A stretch of DNA of 58,683 bases from a virus (Duplodnaviria > Caudoviricetes). The stretch is taken from the IMG/VR virus record IMGVR_UViG_3300027754_002641, positions 1-58,683 of that record, one strand, 5' to 3'. This document shows positions 47,330-57,143 of this stretch, piece after piece. Under the pieces are notes generated by a model. That model saw nothing but the letters and a program-made list of their open reading frames with translations, ran no database searches and was not told the origin of the DNA. Made by a program: the position numbers and the translations under genes. Each line of letters opens with the position of its first letter. Position 1 is the first letter of the stretch.

Positions 47330-48890
47330 CGTACTTGCCGTTCTTCTTAATCTGTATAGACACCGGCACCTTTAGCTCTCCGCGCCGCTCAAGGGCTTCA
47401 GCAACATTCTCCGGCGGCAGGTTGGATGTGCGCTTGCGCCACCAGATGTTTGCCTTCTGCTTTGCATAACCTTCATGGTTAAAGCAGACCCACTCGCTAT
47501 ATTTAAGAAAGCCGCAGAAGTAAGTCACCCTCATGCTAGCTGGCTTCCCGGCCTTGTTATGCAGGGAATACGTAACATCATCGACATTCACCCAGACCTT
47601 GGGTATCGCGGTCGATAGGACAGGCAGAACGCTGGCCGTAGAAACAATCTTAATCTCCTGCGGGAACTCATACCCACAGTCCAGACATTGCCGCGCCGAA
47701 AGGTGAACAACGCTTTTGCATTCAGGGCATGTCTTAACAAGCGCACCTTCGCCTTCTCCTGTGCGATTCACATGAGGGCCGCGTTGGGTTTGCGCCGCAT
47801 CTACCGGCCCGTGCCGTTGGATATTCCTGGCAAAGTCTAGGATCAGGCAATCCTTTTTGCCGTCAGCCATTCTCATGCCGCGCCCAACGATCTGGACGTA
47901 CAGGCCGGGGGATTGGGTGGGTCGCAGCATGGCTATTAGGTCTACGTTCGGCGCGTTGAACCCTGTGGTCAGCACACCCATCGAGCATAGGGCTTGGACT
48001 TCTCCGCGTTTGAACTCGTCAATGATCTGGGCGCGATCTTCTTTGGGTGTGTCGCCAAAGATTGTTTCGCAGACAATGTTCCTGCGTAAGAAGTGGTCCT
48101 GCAAATGGCGGCAATGTTCTACGCCCGAGCCGAAGACCAACCACGATCGGCGGTCTTTGCCCCATTCGATAATCTCATCGACTGCCAGCCGGTTAGTTTC
48201 ATCCACATCCACGGCGTTCTGAAGTTCGGACTGTATAAACTCGCCGCCTCTGGTGTGAACCCCGGCTGTGTTGAGGCCGACACGGGTGTTCTTGGTCACA
48301 AGGTTGGACAGGTAGCCCTGTTGAATTGCGTCAAGGACGCTGTATTCGTAACAGATGCCGTCAAACAAAGCGCCGTCGCCGGTATGTAGCATACCGCTAT
48401 CCATTCGGTATGGGGTAGCTGTCAGACCAATGATCTTTATATGCGGGTTGGCTACACGAAGGCTGCTGAGAAACCTCTGGTACATCGTGCTTGTGTTACG
48501 AGGTATTAAATGGCACTCATCAACGATTACGAAATCCACCTTCTGGAACAGGTGGGCCTTTGAGTGAACGGATTGAATGCCACAGAACACCACGGCTGGT
48601 GTGTGCTGGCGTTTACCAATGCCAGCCGAGTAGATGCCGGTGTCAGCTTCGGGCCACTGGCGCACCATCTCCGCATGGTTCTGGGCTATAAGCTCCATGA
48701 CATGCGTGACGACCACGATCTTCATCTCGCCGTATTCAGCGATAGATCGACGGCATATCTCGGACAGTACGAGGCTCTTGCCGGTTCCGGTGGGGAGAAC
48801 GATCAGCGGGTTGGAGTCGTGCCCGCCATCCTCAAACCACTCGAATACCGAATCAACCGCCTGCTGTTGGTAGGGACGTAACTGTAGCAT
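47262..48890 (-). CDS. SF2 DEAD/DEAH-box helicase (RadD/YejH-like)
   Basis: LRPYQ, PTGTGKS, DECH, GLTATP, QIVGRGMR, C-terminal CxxC/CxxC. Confidence 0.92.
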   Translation of the reverse strand: MLQLRPYQQQAVDSVFEWFEDGGHDSNPLIVLPTGTGKSLVLSEICRRSIAEYGEMKIVVVTHVMELIAQNHAEMVRQWPEADTGIYSAGIGKRQHTPAVVFCGIQSVHSKAHLFQKVDFVIVDECHLIPRNTSTMYQRFLSSLRVANPHIKIIGLTATPYRMDSGMLHTGDGALFDGICYEYSVLDAIQQGYLSNLVTKNTRVGLNTAGVHTRGGEFIQSELQNAVDVDETNRLAVDEIIEWGKDRRSWLVFGSGVEHCRHLQDHFLRRNIVCETIFGDTPKEDRAQIIDEFKRGEVQALCSMGVLTTGFNAPNVDLIAMLRPTQSPGLYVQIVGRGMRMADGKKDCLILDFARNIQRHGPVDAAQTQRGPHVNRTGEGEGALVKTCPECKSVVHLSARQCLDCGYEFPQEIKIVSTASVLPVLSTAIPKVWVNVDDVTYSLHNKAGKPASMRVTYFCGFLKYSEWVCFNHEGYAKQKANIWWRKRTSNLPPENVAEALERRGELKVPVSIQIKKNGKYDEITSFEFDVLRMPEGETRLSV

Positions 48891-49818
48891 TTTGATTCCT
48901 AATTATGTTTCCGTTGTTGAGTTTGTATTCAATCCAGCCGTCGCCTGCATCAGTCTGCGTTCCTGGCATTAAGCCTGGGTTGAATAGATGATCCTTACAG
49001 CCGGTCTTTTGCGCTTCGTAACTGAGTTCCTGGGTGTGCAGTTCACACACCCATTTGCTATTTTCAATAGCCGTCGAATGAACGCATGTGCGGCAATTCA
49101 GTTCTGCCACTTTACCGCCGTGACAGTTATCTGGGAACGGGCACATCTTGCACTGGAACCATGCCGCGTTTTCTGAGATACGCGGCGGTGGCTTGTCGGC
49201 ACTGGCGATCTTCTTGGCTTTGTCGATGTAATGGTTTGCCGCTTCAGCGTTGTATGCCGTAATGCACGATGTCTCATCCCGGCTACCGGGAGTGCAGACC
49301 GTCAGGTAATGCCACATGATGTTGAAATAGTGCATATATAGCTGGGCTTGCGCGTAGTAAATCTCGTCCCATTCCAGCAAAGCATTTGGCTCGTCGTGGA
49401 CCTTTAGCTTCAAAAGCTTGCCAAACTTCTCGACGTTTACGCACTTGTGTTCCCAGACATGCTTTTCTGGATTGTATTCCAGCCCTTGCATGATGCCGTC
49501 CAGATGTCCGCGAATGTGGCCGTCTTCAAACCCAAACTGTTTGCCGTTCTCCTGGTGAGTGTGAAGCGAGATGCCGTCAACCAACCGCAACCGGCCCGCC
49601 ATAATCTCTTCGCTGTAGTGACCGTCCGCGATCGCCTTGAGGGACTTGGCAGTCATCTTCTCCGCGTTGACCCAGTGGAATTGATTCCATATGCGCCGCT
49701 CGCACGCCGCACCAATCGAGGACGCGCCAATGTATCCACGCTGCTCCGAGACATGCTGCGCCTCAAGGGCTTCGTTCATACGCGTGAGCGTGTTGTCTGG
49801 CAGGTTTATGGGGACCAT
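48853..49818 (-). CDS. Cas4-like PD-(D/E)xK exonuclease
   Basis: YIGASSIG-C, GHLDG, WEHK, YYAQAQLYM, C-terminal Cys cluster. Confidence 0.8.
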   Translation of the reverse strand: MVPINLPDNTLTRMNEALEAQHVSEQRGYIGASSIGAACERRIWNQFHWVNAEKMTAKSLKAIADGHYSEEIMAGRLRLVDGISLHTHQENGKQFGFEDGHIRGHLDGIMQGLEYNPEKHVWEHKCVNVEKFGKLLKLKVHDEPNALLEWDEIYYAQAQLYMHYFNIMWHYLTVCTPGSRDETSCITAYNAEAANHYIDKAKKIASADKPPPRISENAAWFQCKMCPFPDNCHGGKVAELNCRTCVHSTAIENSKWVCELHTQELSYEAQKTGCKDHLFNPGLMPGTQTDAGDGWIEYKLNNGNIIRNQNATVTSLPTAGG

Positions 49819-50108
49819 TACTTCTTCCTTAATATCAGTTCCAGCCGCGCCATTGCGTTCCATGCGGCGTGGGTAGCGTGGAGCATGGCGCTCTCGGGGT
49901 CTGTGCCGTCCTTCATTAGATGCCGCGCCAGGGCCTCGCTGTACCTTTCCAGTGCGTCAGGCACAGTCTCCCAGCCGCGCCATGTGTACTTGGCCGCGCC
50001 AAACTCCGACGCCCGCGCCACCTCCTCAACGGCTCGCGGGAATTGTTTCAGAAACCCGCGCAACACCAGAGGCTTGCCAGCGTCGTGTTTAATGCCGAAG
50101 TCGGTCAT
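49818..50108 (-). CDS. dATP/dGTP diphosphohydrolase-domain protein (DUF5664-like)
   Basis: KHDAGKP, FGAAKY, ALARHL, DPES..LH..HAAWNA. Confidence 0.75.
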   Translation of the reverse strand: MTDFGIKHDAGKPLVLRGFLKQFPRAVEEVARASEFGAAKYTWRGWETVPDALERYSEALARHLMKDGTDPESAMLHATHAAWNAMARLELILRKK

Positions 50109-50383
50109 TTACTCACCTCGCTGGATGGGCTGGCTTCGTCGATCATAACTCGCCAGATATTCGCGGGCACGACGGAATGGTCATCTCCAGCGTTGTTCAT
50201 GTCCGCTGTAGGCTCACGCATTGCGCGGATTGCGGTGCGGGCTAGGTCTACCGTGTCGAACTTTGCTTCGGTGTGTTCGCGGAACCAGACCTCAATGCGC
50301 TCATCTAGTGCGGCAGAGACACGCAACTCCATCTCCGTAGGCTCCCGCGCAGCGGCGCTTACATCCTTATCTGTGGTGGTCAT
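50105..50383 (-). CDS. Hypothetical protein, paralog of 5995-6279
   Basis: EPTEMELRV, AIRAMREPT. Confidence 0.65.
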   Translation of the reverse strand: MTTTDKDVSAAAREPTEMELRVSAALDERIEVWFREHTEAKFDTVDLARTAIRAMREPTADMNNAGDDHSVVPANIWRVMIDEASPSSEVSK

Positions 50384-50386
50384 GTC

Positions 50387-50854
50387 CTATTCTCCGGTAG
50401 GAGGGATGAGGGGGTTTGCCGCTGCGCGGGGCTGGCCGGTGGCCTTGGCGAGAGCGGCGCGTGCCTTCAACACGGGCTCAATATCGCGTTCATACCGGCG
50501 GCGTTCGCTCGGATACTCCTTGGTCTTTTCGTAGTAGGCTTCGACGTATTCAGCCAATCCGTCAGCGCACTCTTTCAGCGCCTCGTATATCTCAGGAGCG
50601 GCGGCGATTAGGCGGGCGTTGGCCTCAAGCTCAGGGCCACTCCGCCAGAGAGCAAAGTTGGCGTCAGTCACTCCACCAGCGTCCGCGTCACCGATTCCAA
50701 TCATGACGCGCGTACCAGGAGGCAACCCGGTTTCTGGCGGATAAGTGACCGAGGCGCGGTAAACTGCCCACGGCCCCGGAGTGAACGCAGGCGCTTCATC
50801 TTGCACCGCCAGACCCCGCGTAGCGGCCTTCCCCATATCCATTTCCTCTACCAT
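50387..50854 (-). CDS. Phage hypothetical protein (TPGPW/ANARLIAAAP family)
   Basis: FTPGPW, EANARLIAAAPE, ARAALAKA motifs. Confidence 0.7.
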   Translation of the reverse strand: MVEEMDMGKAATRGLAVQDEAPAFTPGPWAVYRASVTYPPETGLPPGTRVMIGIGDADAGGVTDANFALWRSGPELEANARLIAAAPEIYEALKECADGLAEYVEAYYEKTKEYPSERRRYERDIEPVLKARAALAKATGQPRAAANPLIPPTGE

Positions 50855-50895
50855 CTACACATCCCCCTTTATGTTGATCAGCGCGGCGAGGGAGG

Positions 50896-51111
50896 TCATC
50901 GCAGCACCGCCCGCACTGAATTGCAGATCAGCGCCAATCCGATTTTGAACGCCACGCCCGGTGGTAATGATACCCACTTGCCAGGATTGGCCGTCTCATC
51001 AATGGGCGTAATCGACAAAGTGACATTGCCGTCCTCGGGGCCAGTTCGCACGACAAGCGTTTGCCCGTCGTTATACTTTTTCAGGCCGGGGAGCGTGTTG
51101 CACCAACTCAT
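50896..51111 (-). CDS. Hypothetical protein
   Basis: 71 aa ORF abutting its upstream neighbour. Confidence 0.5.
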   Translation of the reverse strand: MSWCNTLPGLKKYNDGQTLVVRTGPEDGNVTLSITPIDETANPGKWVSLPPGVAFKIGLALICNSVRAVLR

Positions 51112-51309
51112 CTACTTAACTCCTTGAACAAGAACTTTACGGACGCTTGCTCGGTCCTGGATTACACAGACTTCCCAAACATATTTGCGCGGCTCCACGT
51201 AAGCTCGGATTGCAAGCCATCGTGTGCGACGGATTGATTCTAGGTACGGACGGCCAATTGAGTCATGAACCGCCCATGCCTTTACCGGCTTTTTCTTCGT
51301 GCCCATCAC
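51112..51309 (-). CDS. Hypothetical protein
   Basis: 65 aa, VKAWAV motif, coupled. Confidence 0.55.
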   Translation of the reverse strand: MMGTKKKPVKAWAVHDSIGRPYLESIRRTRWLAIRAYVEPRKYVWEVCVIQDRASVRKVLVQGVK

Positions 51310-51602
51310 TTAATCTCCCGCCGTATGGCCTGGGCTATGTCTTTGGCTGACTGCGCTCGCGCATTCCAGCGTAACCACTCTTCTCCGCGCTCAATCGTGC
51401 GGTCGAGGACATCAGCAAAATGCTTTTGTCGTTCCTCCGCAATCTCCGCCGCTCTCTCCAGCCCTGCGTTGCGGGCGGTGGTGAGGACAATGGCGATATA
51501 GACGCGGGCGCGGTCGTATTCCAACGCGTCCAGCGTGCCGTCATTTTCAATGCGTTCAATCACACGCTCAACAATGTCACGAGCCAGCTTCTCAGCGTCC
51601 AT
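51306..51602 (-). CDS. Hypothetical protein
   Basis: RNAGLERAAEIA...IAQAIR phage motif. Confidence 0.65.
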   Translation of the reverse strand: MDAEKLARDIVERVIERIENDGTLDALEYDRARVYIAIVLTTARNAGLERAAEIAEERQKHFADVLDRTIERGEEWLRWNARAQSAKDIAQAIRREIK

Positions 51603-52131
51603 CGGTGCTCTCCTGCTCTGTGGTCTCCAGCCCTGCGTCCCAAAGCCTCTCCCACACCTCTTGTGGGCCGATTACTCCGCCCTCCCTCTCCCTCGCCAGC
51701 TTGTGGAGGAGGGATTGAACGGCCTGAGCCAAGACATACTCATTAGAAAATGAGCGTGCGTATTGCTTGTTCGCGTACTTCTCCCAAGCATTGTCTGAAC
51801 TTTGAACAGTCTTCGCCGCCAACTCCGCCCAACTTTGCTCATCGGCGGGAGGGGTGGTGGGAACGGGGTCCATCTTGGCGCACGCGCTTTTGCATTCCGG
51901 GCAGTGCTGTTTCACGGGGAAGCCTTGCCACACCTCCAACTGCGTCTCTTGCCACTCTCGTTTGCAGTTCACGCAGCGATGCGTCGGGGTGGTAGGAACG
52001 GGGAGCCGGAAACCGGCGGAGAGGATGGCGGCGACTTGCTCCGACGCGTAAATATCGAACGGTGACGCAGACCAAGCCGCGTCAATGATCCGCGCTAACC
52101 GCTCACGCTCGTCTGTGGATGGGGTGGTCAT
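51592..52131 (-). CDS. Hypothetical protein with Zn ribbon
   Basis: CVNC...CPEC flanked by duplicated PVPTTP. Confidence 0.6.
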   Translation of the reverse strand: MTTPSTDERERLARIIDAAWSASPFDIYASEQVAAILSAGFRLPVPTTPTHRCVNCKREWQETQLEVWQGFPVKQHCPECKSACAKMDPVPTTPPADEQSWAELAAKTVQSSDNAWEKYANKQYARSFSNEYVLAQAVQSLLHKLAREREGGVIGPQEVWERLWDAGLETTEQESTDGR

Positions 52132-52135
52132 TCTC

Positions 52136-52342
52136 TCACTCCATGTCCTTAGTCTCGTTCAAAGACCGCGCCAACGCCTTTTCGAAGGCCGCGCGCTGCT
52201 CATCTGTCAGTGGCGTGCGGTTGCCTCTGGGATCCTCGTTGTAGCCCTCGCCGATGCTCGTGGTGAAGGTTCCGCCAATGCCGCGCGACATCGATCCTGA
52301 AAGCATGGTCCGGCGCACGCCCTTCGTTGATGGGGTGGTCAT
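52136..52342 (-). CDS. Hypothetical protein
   Basis: Start MTTPSTKG at 52342, ATGA-coupled to upstream ORF. Confidence 0.55.
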   Translation of the reverse strand: MTTPSTKGVRRTMLSGSMSRGIGGTFTTSIGEGYNEDPRGNRTPLTDEQRAAFEKALARSLNETKDME

Positions 52343-52449
52343 GTGCGTTTCTCCAATGCGATGGCAATACGCCAAAGCACAATAAAGATCGAAAACAGTA
52401 TCAGGGTTATGGCGAATAGACTGAGGCAGACTGGGGTAAGGTCCATCAT
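52339..52449 (-). CDS. 36-aa single-TM peptide (not in ORF track)
   Basis: MMDLTPVCLSLFAITLILFSIFIVLWRIAIALEKRT; AAGGAGG RBS. Confidence 0.6.
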   Translation of the reverse strand: MMDLTPVCLSLFAITLILFSIFIVLWRIAIALEKRT

Positions 52450-52473
52450 TTTTCCTCCTTAACTTCTGGCGTG

Positions 52474-52500
52474 AAAAGCCGGGGGCGTTACACCCCCGGC
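52474..52500 (-). terminator. Rho-independent terminator
   Basis: GCCGGGGG-TGTAACG-CCCCCGGC-TTTT on the - strand. Confidence 0.8.
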
Positions 52501-52508
52501 CTCGCTTG

Positions 52509-52985
52509 CTACTTTTCCCAAGGCTTCTTCTTGGGACCGCCAGAGTTGCTCGCCGCTGGTTTGGTGGACGCAGCCGGAGCATCGCTGATGGGCTTGTAGC
52601 GCACCGTATTCTGATCCTCGCCGGTATCCTTGCGCTTGGACATGCCGATCTTCAACTTCACCGGAATGCCGTGAAGCATATTGGTGTTGTTGCAGGATTC
52701 GTTGGGCTTGCCGATCGCCCGCATCAAATCCTTCATAGAAGCATTGGCGATGTCCATTGCCATCTGGTTCTCATGCCGGACATTGAGACGGTCCCAATAC
52801 TTACGGCCAGCGTAATCGCCGTCGAGAATGGTAAATTCAAGCTCGATGAACTTTCCGTTGCCGGATTTGGTCGTCTTGTAATCGCTGCCGGTAACTTCTG
52901 CGATGTATTCGCCAACCGGAAACGGCGTGTAATCAACACGATCCGCAACAACGTTCGGATCGAATACGAAATCAAGTTCAGCCAT
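52509..52985 (-). CDS. DUF669 family ssDNA-binding protein
   Basis: PVGEY, TKSGNGKFIELEF, GRKYWDRLN, C-terminal KPW. Confidence 0.8.
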   Translation of the reverse strand: MAELDFVFDPNVVADRVDYTPFPVGEYIAEVTGSDYKTTKSGNGKFIELEFTILDGDYAGRKYWDRLNVRHENQMAMDIANASMKDLMRAIGKPNESCNNTNMLHGIPVKLKIGMSKRKDTGEDQNTVRYKPISDAPAASTKPAASNSGGPKKKPWEK

Positions 52986-52989
52986 TTGC

Positions 52990-53760
52990 TTATTCCTTTG
53001 TGTCGAGTTGTGGTTGCATTGCGGTTACGAGTGCTTCGGTGAAGGCTGCGTAATCCAGCGGCATGGTATCTGGCAGCGCCCACCGTGATTTAGCAACCCA
53101 GCCGGGGCGCTCTTGGGTATGGAGTACGCGAGAGCCTGACCCGATTGCCCTGGTTTTCTTTTGGCTGAAGCCGATATCGTTCTTCACGGTCGTCACTGTG
53201 TAGTTTGCGAAAACGAGACAGTCACACCATTCAGAAATGATAGCGGCAGCACCCTTATGCAAGTCGAGCATATAGCGATCGTAGCTGTCGTTCAGCGGAT
53301 CGTCATAACGCTTGATTTGCGTATGAGCCAGAAGAATGACCTGCATGTTTTTCTCGTTACGCAGCAGGTCAAAACCTTCCAACACATTTCTCCATAGCTC
53401 CACGGCGAAGGCATAGCCCTTGCCGAAGCCGATGTCATCGATGCTGCTGACCTTATTGTTCTTGGCAACTTGCTTGTGGATAAGCTGCTCCAGCCAGTCG
53501 GCGCTATCGAGCACCACAGTGCCAAAGTTGTGGTCTTCATTGAAGAGGGACTGGATTGCCTCCATGACTTCTTCATAGGACTGAGACTTCGGGAAAGCGG
53601 TGACTGAGAGTGCATCCAAACCTTCTTCTGTCTGGATGAACACAGGCCGATCGGCCTGTGATGCGAACGAGCTTTTGCCGACGCCGTGCGTACCGTACAA
53701 CACGATACGCGGCGGGTGGGTGACGCTCGTTTTGCGTAGTGATTTTAGATTAATTGCCAT
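52990..53760 (-). CDS. AAA_24 / Sak4-like ATPase (recombinase)
   Basis: YGTHGVGKS, VLDSADWLE, GFGKGY, AKSR. Confidence 0.85.
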   Translation of the reverse strand: MAINLKSLRKTSVTHPPRIVLYGTHGVGKSSFASQADRPVFIQTEEGLDALSVTAFPKSQSYEEVMEAIQSLFNEDHNFGTVVLDSADWLEQLIHKQVAKNNKVSSIDDIGFGKGYAFAVELWRNVLEGFDLLRNEKNMQVILLAHTQIKRYDDPLNDSYDRYMLDLHKGAAAIISEWCDCLVFANYTVTTVKNDIGFSQKKTRAIGSGSRVLHTQERPGWVAKSRWALPDTMPLDYAAFTEALVTAMQPQLDTKE

Positions 53761-53761
53761 C

Positions 53762-54166
53762 TTACTTTTCCGTTCTGATTACAGTTACCGATGTCTTGGC
53801 GGGTTCGATGGTCATCGCTTTGCAGAAGGTGTTGTAGAACCTCGGCTCGTTGTTCTCCAGATAGCGCAATCCTTTCATGTCGAGTTCAGGCTTTTGTTTC
53901 ACGGGCAGCATGGCTTCGGGAATGTTGAGTTTCGGCACCGCATCCCAATCGATCTTGCGATTGAGTTTGCCGGTCAGCGTGACTTTGTAGGGTCCGACTT
54001 GATGGGACTCGCTGCCCTCAGTCTTTGCTGGTAGGAAACCGAGAAGCTCTTCCTCGATTTCAATGCGGCGCTTGTTTGCCGCGCTTTCTTCGTTCTTGGC
54101 ATCCATCCAATCGGCTGCGGCGTCTTCGACAGTACGGTTGGAAAACATCTTCGGTTTGAAGTTCAT
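53762..54166 (-). CDS. Conserved recombination-module protein
   Basis: AADWMDAK..E..A...R..IEE pattern; upstream of AAA_24 gene. Confidence 0.7.
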   Translation of the reverse strand: MNFKPKMFSNRTVEDAAADWMDAKNEESAANKRRIEIEEELLGFLPAKTEGSESHQVGPYKVTLTGKLNRKIDWDAVPKLNIPEAMLPVKQKPELDMKGLRYLENNEPRFYNTFCKAMTIEPAKTSVTVIRTEK

Positions 54167-54208
54167 GGGTTCCTCTGTTTTGCTGCGGTTTATGTTTTGA
54201 GCATTTGG

Positions 54209-54237
54209 ACATTGCGATGCGCCGCACGTTATGTCAA
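54209..54237 (-). promoter_or_regulatory. Leftward promoter in divergent control region
   Basis: TTGACA-N17-CAATGT on the - strand. Confidence 0.5.
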
Positions 54238-54265
54238 ACGTATTTTCCCGATAAAGGAGATTTTT

Positions 54266-54460
54266 ATGAAACTACGAAAGTGGCTGAACCAGCAGAAGCT
54301 CACAAACCGCGCTTTTGCAGAGATGATTCAGGCGTCTGAGTCGGCTGTGCATATGTGGACACGGGTGGATCGCCTGGGAAGAATGCCGCGTCCGCACCAT
54401 ATGATGGCAATACAAAAAGCCACCAACGGCAAAGTTCGCCCGCAGGATTTCTATTCGTGA
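54266..54460 (+). CDS. Cro-like HTH regulator
   Basis: MKLRKWL...AFAEMI...AVHMW...P...AIQKATNGKVRPQDF; AAGGAG RBS. Confidence 0.8.
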   Translation: MKLRKWLNQQKLTNRAFAEMIQASESAVHMWTRVDRLGRMPRPHHMMAIQKATNGKVRPQDFYS

Positions 54461-54876
54461 GAACCGTATCGTTCACCGTACCGGGACAACCTGTAGCGAA
54501 GGGACGCGCCAGGGTGTCTACATATGGTGGTCATGTACGTTCTTACACACCGGAGAAAACACGCCGGTATGAGAATCAGGTGGCGGCATACGCTGCCGAA
54601 TCCATGAACGGCGCGCTGCCGATCGGCGGGCCGGTTGAAGTTGTGGTGCAGGCGTTTATGCTGGTGCCCGCCTCATGGTCGTTGAAGAAAAGACTTTCGG
54701 CCATAGCGGGTCAAATCAAACCGACAACCAAGCCGGACTTAGACAACATTGTTAAGGCGCTTGATGGCATCAACGGCATTGTCGTTGTTGACGACTCGCA
54801 GATCGTTAAGCTGACTGCAACCAAGCAGTATTCCGAGCTACCGCAACTGATCGTAACGGTTATAGGGCAAGAATGA
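54457..54876 (+). CDS. rusA: RusA Holliday junction resolvase
   Basis: PVAKGRAR, KPDLDNIVKALDG, DDSQIV. Confidence 0.88.
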   Translation: MRTVSFTVPGQPVAKGRARVSTYGGHVRSYTPEKTRRYENQVAAYAAESMNGALPIGGPVEVVVQAFMLVPASWSLKKRLSAIAGQIKPTTKPDLDNIVKALDGINGIVVVDDSQIVKLTATKQYSELPQLIVTVIGQE

Positions 54877-57143
54877 CCGATTTCATCACGACCGCTACCC
54901 GGCTCGTTGAGCGGGGGTACAGCGTCATCCCCATTATCCCCGGTGAAAAGCGCCCCGGCGAGCATAAGGGCGACCAGTGGGTCGGGATGGCTAAATGGCA
55001 GCGGTACTGCGATCGCTCGCCTACGAGGTTTGAATTGGACCTGTGGGCCAAATGGCCTGGGAAATCCATCTGCCTGGCGCTGGGGCGGGCCAGTAACGTC
55101 ACCGCCATAGACTTCGACTACGGCTCGCCGGAAGTGCGGACGGCTCTGGAAGCCTGCCTGCCGCCGTCGCCGGTCAAGAAGATGGGGGCTAAGGGGTACA
55201 CGGCGTTCTACCGTGGCTTTTCTGTCGCATCTAAAAAATATTTGCTGGACGGCGTTAGCGTTGTTGAGGTGCTGGCCCACGGTAAGCAAACCGTGTTGCC
55301 GCCAAGCGTTCATCCTGATGGCATGAATTACCAATGGACAACGCCCGACACGCTGGAGGATTTGACCGCCTCCGAACTGCCGGAACTGCCGCACGACATA
55401 CACGATAGGATTGCAAAGGCCCTAGAGCCTTTTCTACCAAAGGTGGAGGCAGCGGCGGTCAATGGGACTGCCGTTCACGGGCTTGTCGTGGGCGGTGGGA
55501 GTGCTGGCGTCCTTAGCGACAATGATAGCTATTGGCGTGATATCAATGATAAGGCATTGTTAAACCTTGATGTTTGGGTTCCAAGGCTTTTCCCAAACGC
55601 TGGGCGTGGGTCTGACGGTGGCTACAGGGTAGACCCCATCTGGCGGGGTGTGACGAAGATGACCAAGAAGGTGGGCATCCACCCGAGCGGCATCCGTGAC
55701 TTCGGCACGGACCAAAGCATGACCCCCATAGACTTGGTTATGGCGGCTACAGGCGCTGATCTTGAAGCGGCCAGCACATATCTGCGGGATGCGCTAGGGA
55801 TCGCCCATGAGGCTGTATTCCGGCCTGGTGAGGGGTGCGTTGAGATAAACCCTGTTTGGGAACACGCCGCCCCCGCCCAAGCGAAAAAGGCTGCTCCAAA
55901 GCGGGTGGCTTTTCCAACCGGCCAGGGGTGTGTGGGGCTGCTCGCGCAGTACATCAATGAAACCGCCATCCGGCCCCAGCCGGTGCTGGCTGTGGCGGCG
56001 GCGTTGTGCGCCATAGGCACTCTGGCGGGCCGCAAATATCGCTCGCCTACAAACCTGCGGACCAATCTGTACGTGGTCAGCTTGGCGGATTCGGGGGCTG
56101 GTAAAAACCACAGCCGTCAGGTTATCAGCCGCATCTTCAGCGATCTGATCGGCTGCGACGATCGTCTGGGCGGCGGGAAGATTGCCTCCGGCACGGGCTT
56201 GCTGACGGCGCTGTTGCGTAGCCCCAGCATCTTGTTCCAGTTGGATGAGTTCGGGATGTTCTTGACGGCGGTGGCGGACAAGAAGCGCAGCCCGCGCCAT
56301 CTGACCGAGATTATCGAGCACATGACCGAATTGTTCACCAGCAGCAACGATGTGTACCGGGGCATCGAGTACGCCGACCAACGCGACAGGCCGCGCAAGT
56401 CCATCATCCAGCCGTGTTTAAGCATCCACGGCACGACCGTGCCGGGGCACTTCTGGAAGGCGCTTGAATCCAGTAGCGCGGTGGACGGCTCGCTTGCTCG
56501 CTTCATCATTTGCGAGAGTGAGAACCATTACCCTGACAGCCAGCATCCTCCCGAGCGGCAACCGCCGGAACAGTTGTTGGATTTGATGCGGCGTATCGCT
56601 ACGCCGATTGGCGGCGCTTCGGCTATTCAATTGAACGGCGAACATCCGCCGGGAGAGATTATGACCGTGCCATACAGTGAAGCGGCGACGGCCTTTATCA
56701 AGAGCTTGGAAAAGAAGACGACCGAGAAGCTGAACGCCGTGAAGGGTACGCCTTACACGGCGCTGTGGGCACGGCGCGACGAACTTAGTATCAAGGTTGC
56801 GCTTGTCCACGCCATAGGGCGCAATCCTGAAGAGCCAGTGATCGACATGGTGGATTTCGATTTCGCTTTGAAGATTGTTGAAAATTCTATTCATCTGATG
56901 GTTGAAGGTATTGAGCGGTTTGTTTCCGATAACGTCGCGGAGTCTTATACCAAGCGCGTTCTTGAGGTGATCCGTAAGGCTGGCGGCGTTATGGACAAGT
57001 CGGCTTTGTATAAACAGACGCTGTTCTTGGGTCGTGACAGAGACACAACGATCAAAGCGTTGATAGGTTCCGAGGATTTGATTGAAGAGATTGTCCCGCC
57101 CCAAGGGCCGGGCCGACCGAAGACAATTTACCGGGCGGTTTAG
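54873..57143 (+). CDS. Bifunctional primase-polymerase fused to DUF3987-type helicase
   Basis: GYSVIPI, AIDFD, QTVLPPSVHPD; SGAGKN Walker A, LDEFG. Confidence 0.85.
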   Translation: MTDFITTATRLVERGYSVIPIIPGEKRPGEHKGDQWVGMAKWQRYCDRSPTRFELDLWAKWPGKSICLALGRASNVTAIDFDYGSPEVRTALEACLPPSPVKKMGAKGYTAFYRGFSVASKKYLLDGVSVVEVLAHGKQTVLPPSVHPDGMNYQWTTPDTLEDLTASELPELPHDIHDRIAKALEPFLPKVEAAAVNGTAVHGLVVGGGSAGVLSDNDSYWRDINDKALLNLDVWVPRLFPNAGRGSDGGYRVDPIWRGVTKMTKKVGIHPSGIRDFGTDQSMTPIDLVMAATGADLEAASTYLRDALGIAHEAVFRPGEGCVEINPVWEHAAPAQAKKAAPKRVAFPTGQGCVGLLAQYINETAIRPQPVLAVAAALCAIGTLAGRKYRSPTNLRTNLYVVSLADSGAGKNHSRQVISRIFSDLIGCDDRLGGGKIASGTGLLTALLRSPSILFQLDEFGMFLTAVADKKRSPRHLTEIIEHMTELFTSSNDVYRGIEYADQRDRPRKSIIQPCLSIHGTTVPGHFWKALESSSAVDGSLARFIICESENHYPDSQHPPERQPPEQLLDLMRRIATPIGGASAIQLNGEHPPGEIMTVPYSEAATAFIKSLEKKTTEKLNAVKGTPYTALWARRDELSIKVALVHAIGRNPEEPVIDMVDFDFALKIVENSIHLMVEGIERFVSDNVAESYTKRVLEVIRKAGGVMDKSALYKQTLFLGRDRDTTIKALIGSEDLIEEIVPPQGPGRPKTIYRAV

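Noticed and set aside
48853-49818. Cas4-like gene as part of a CRISPR system
   Set aside because: No array or other cas genes; it lies in the standard phage recombination module.
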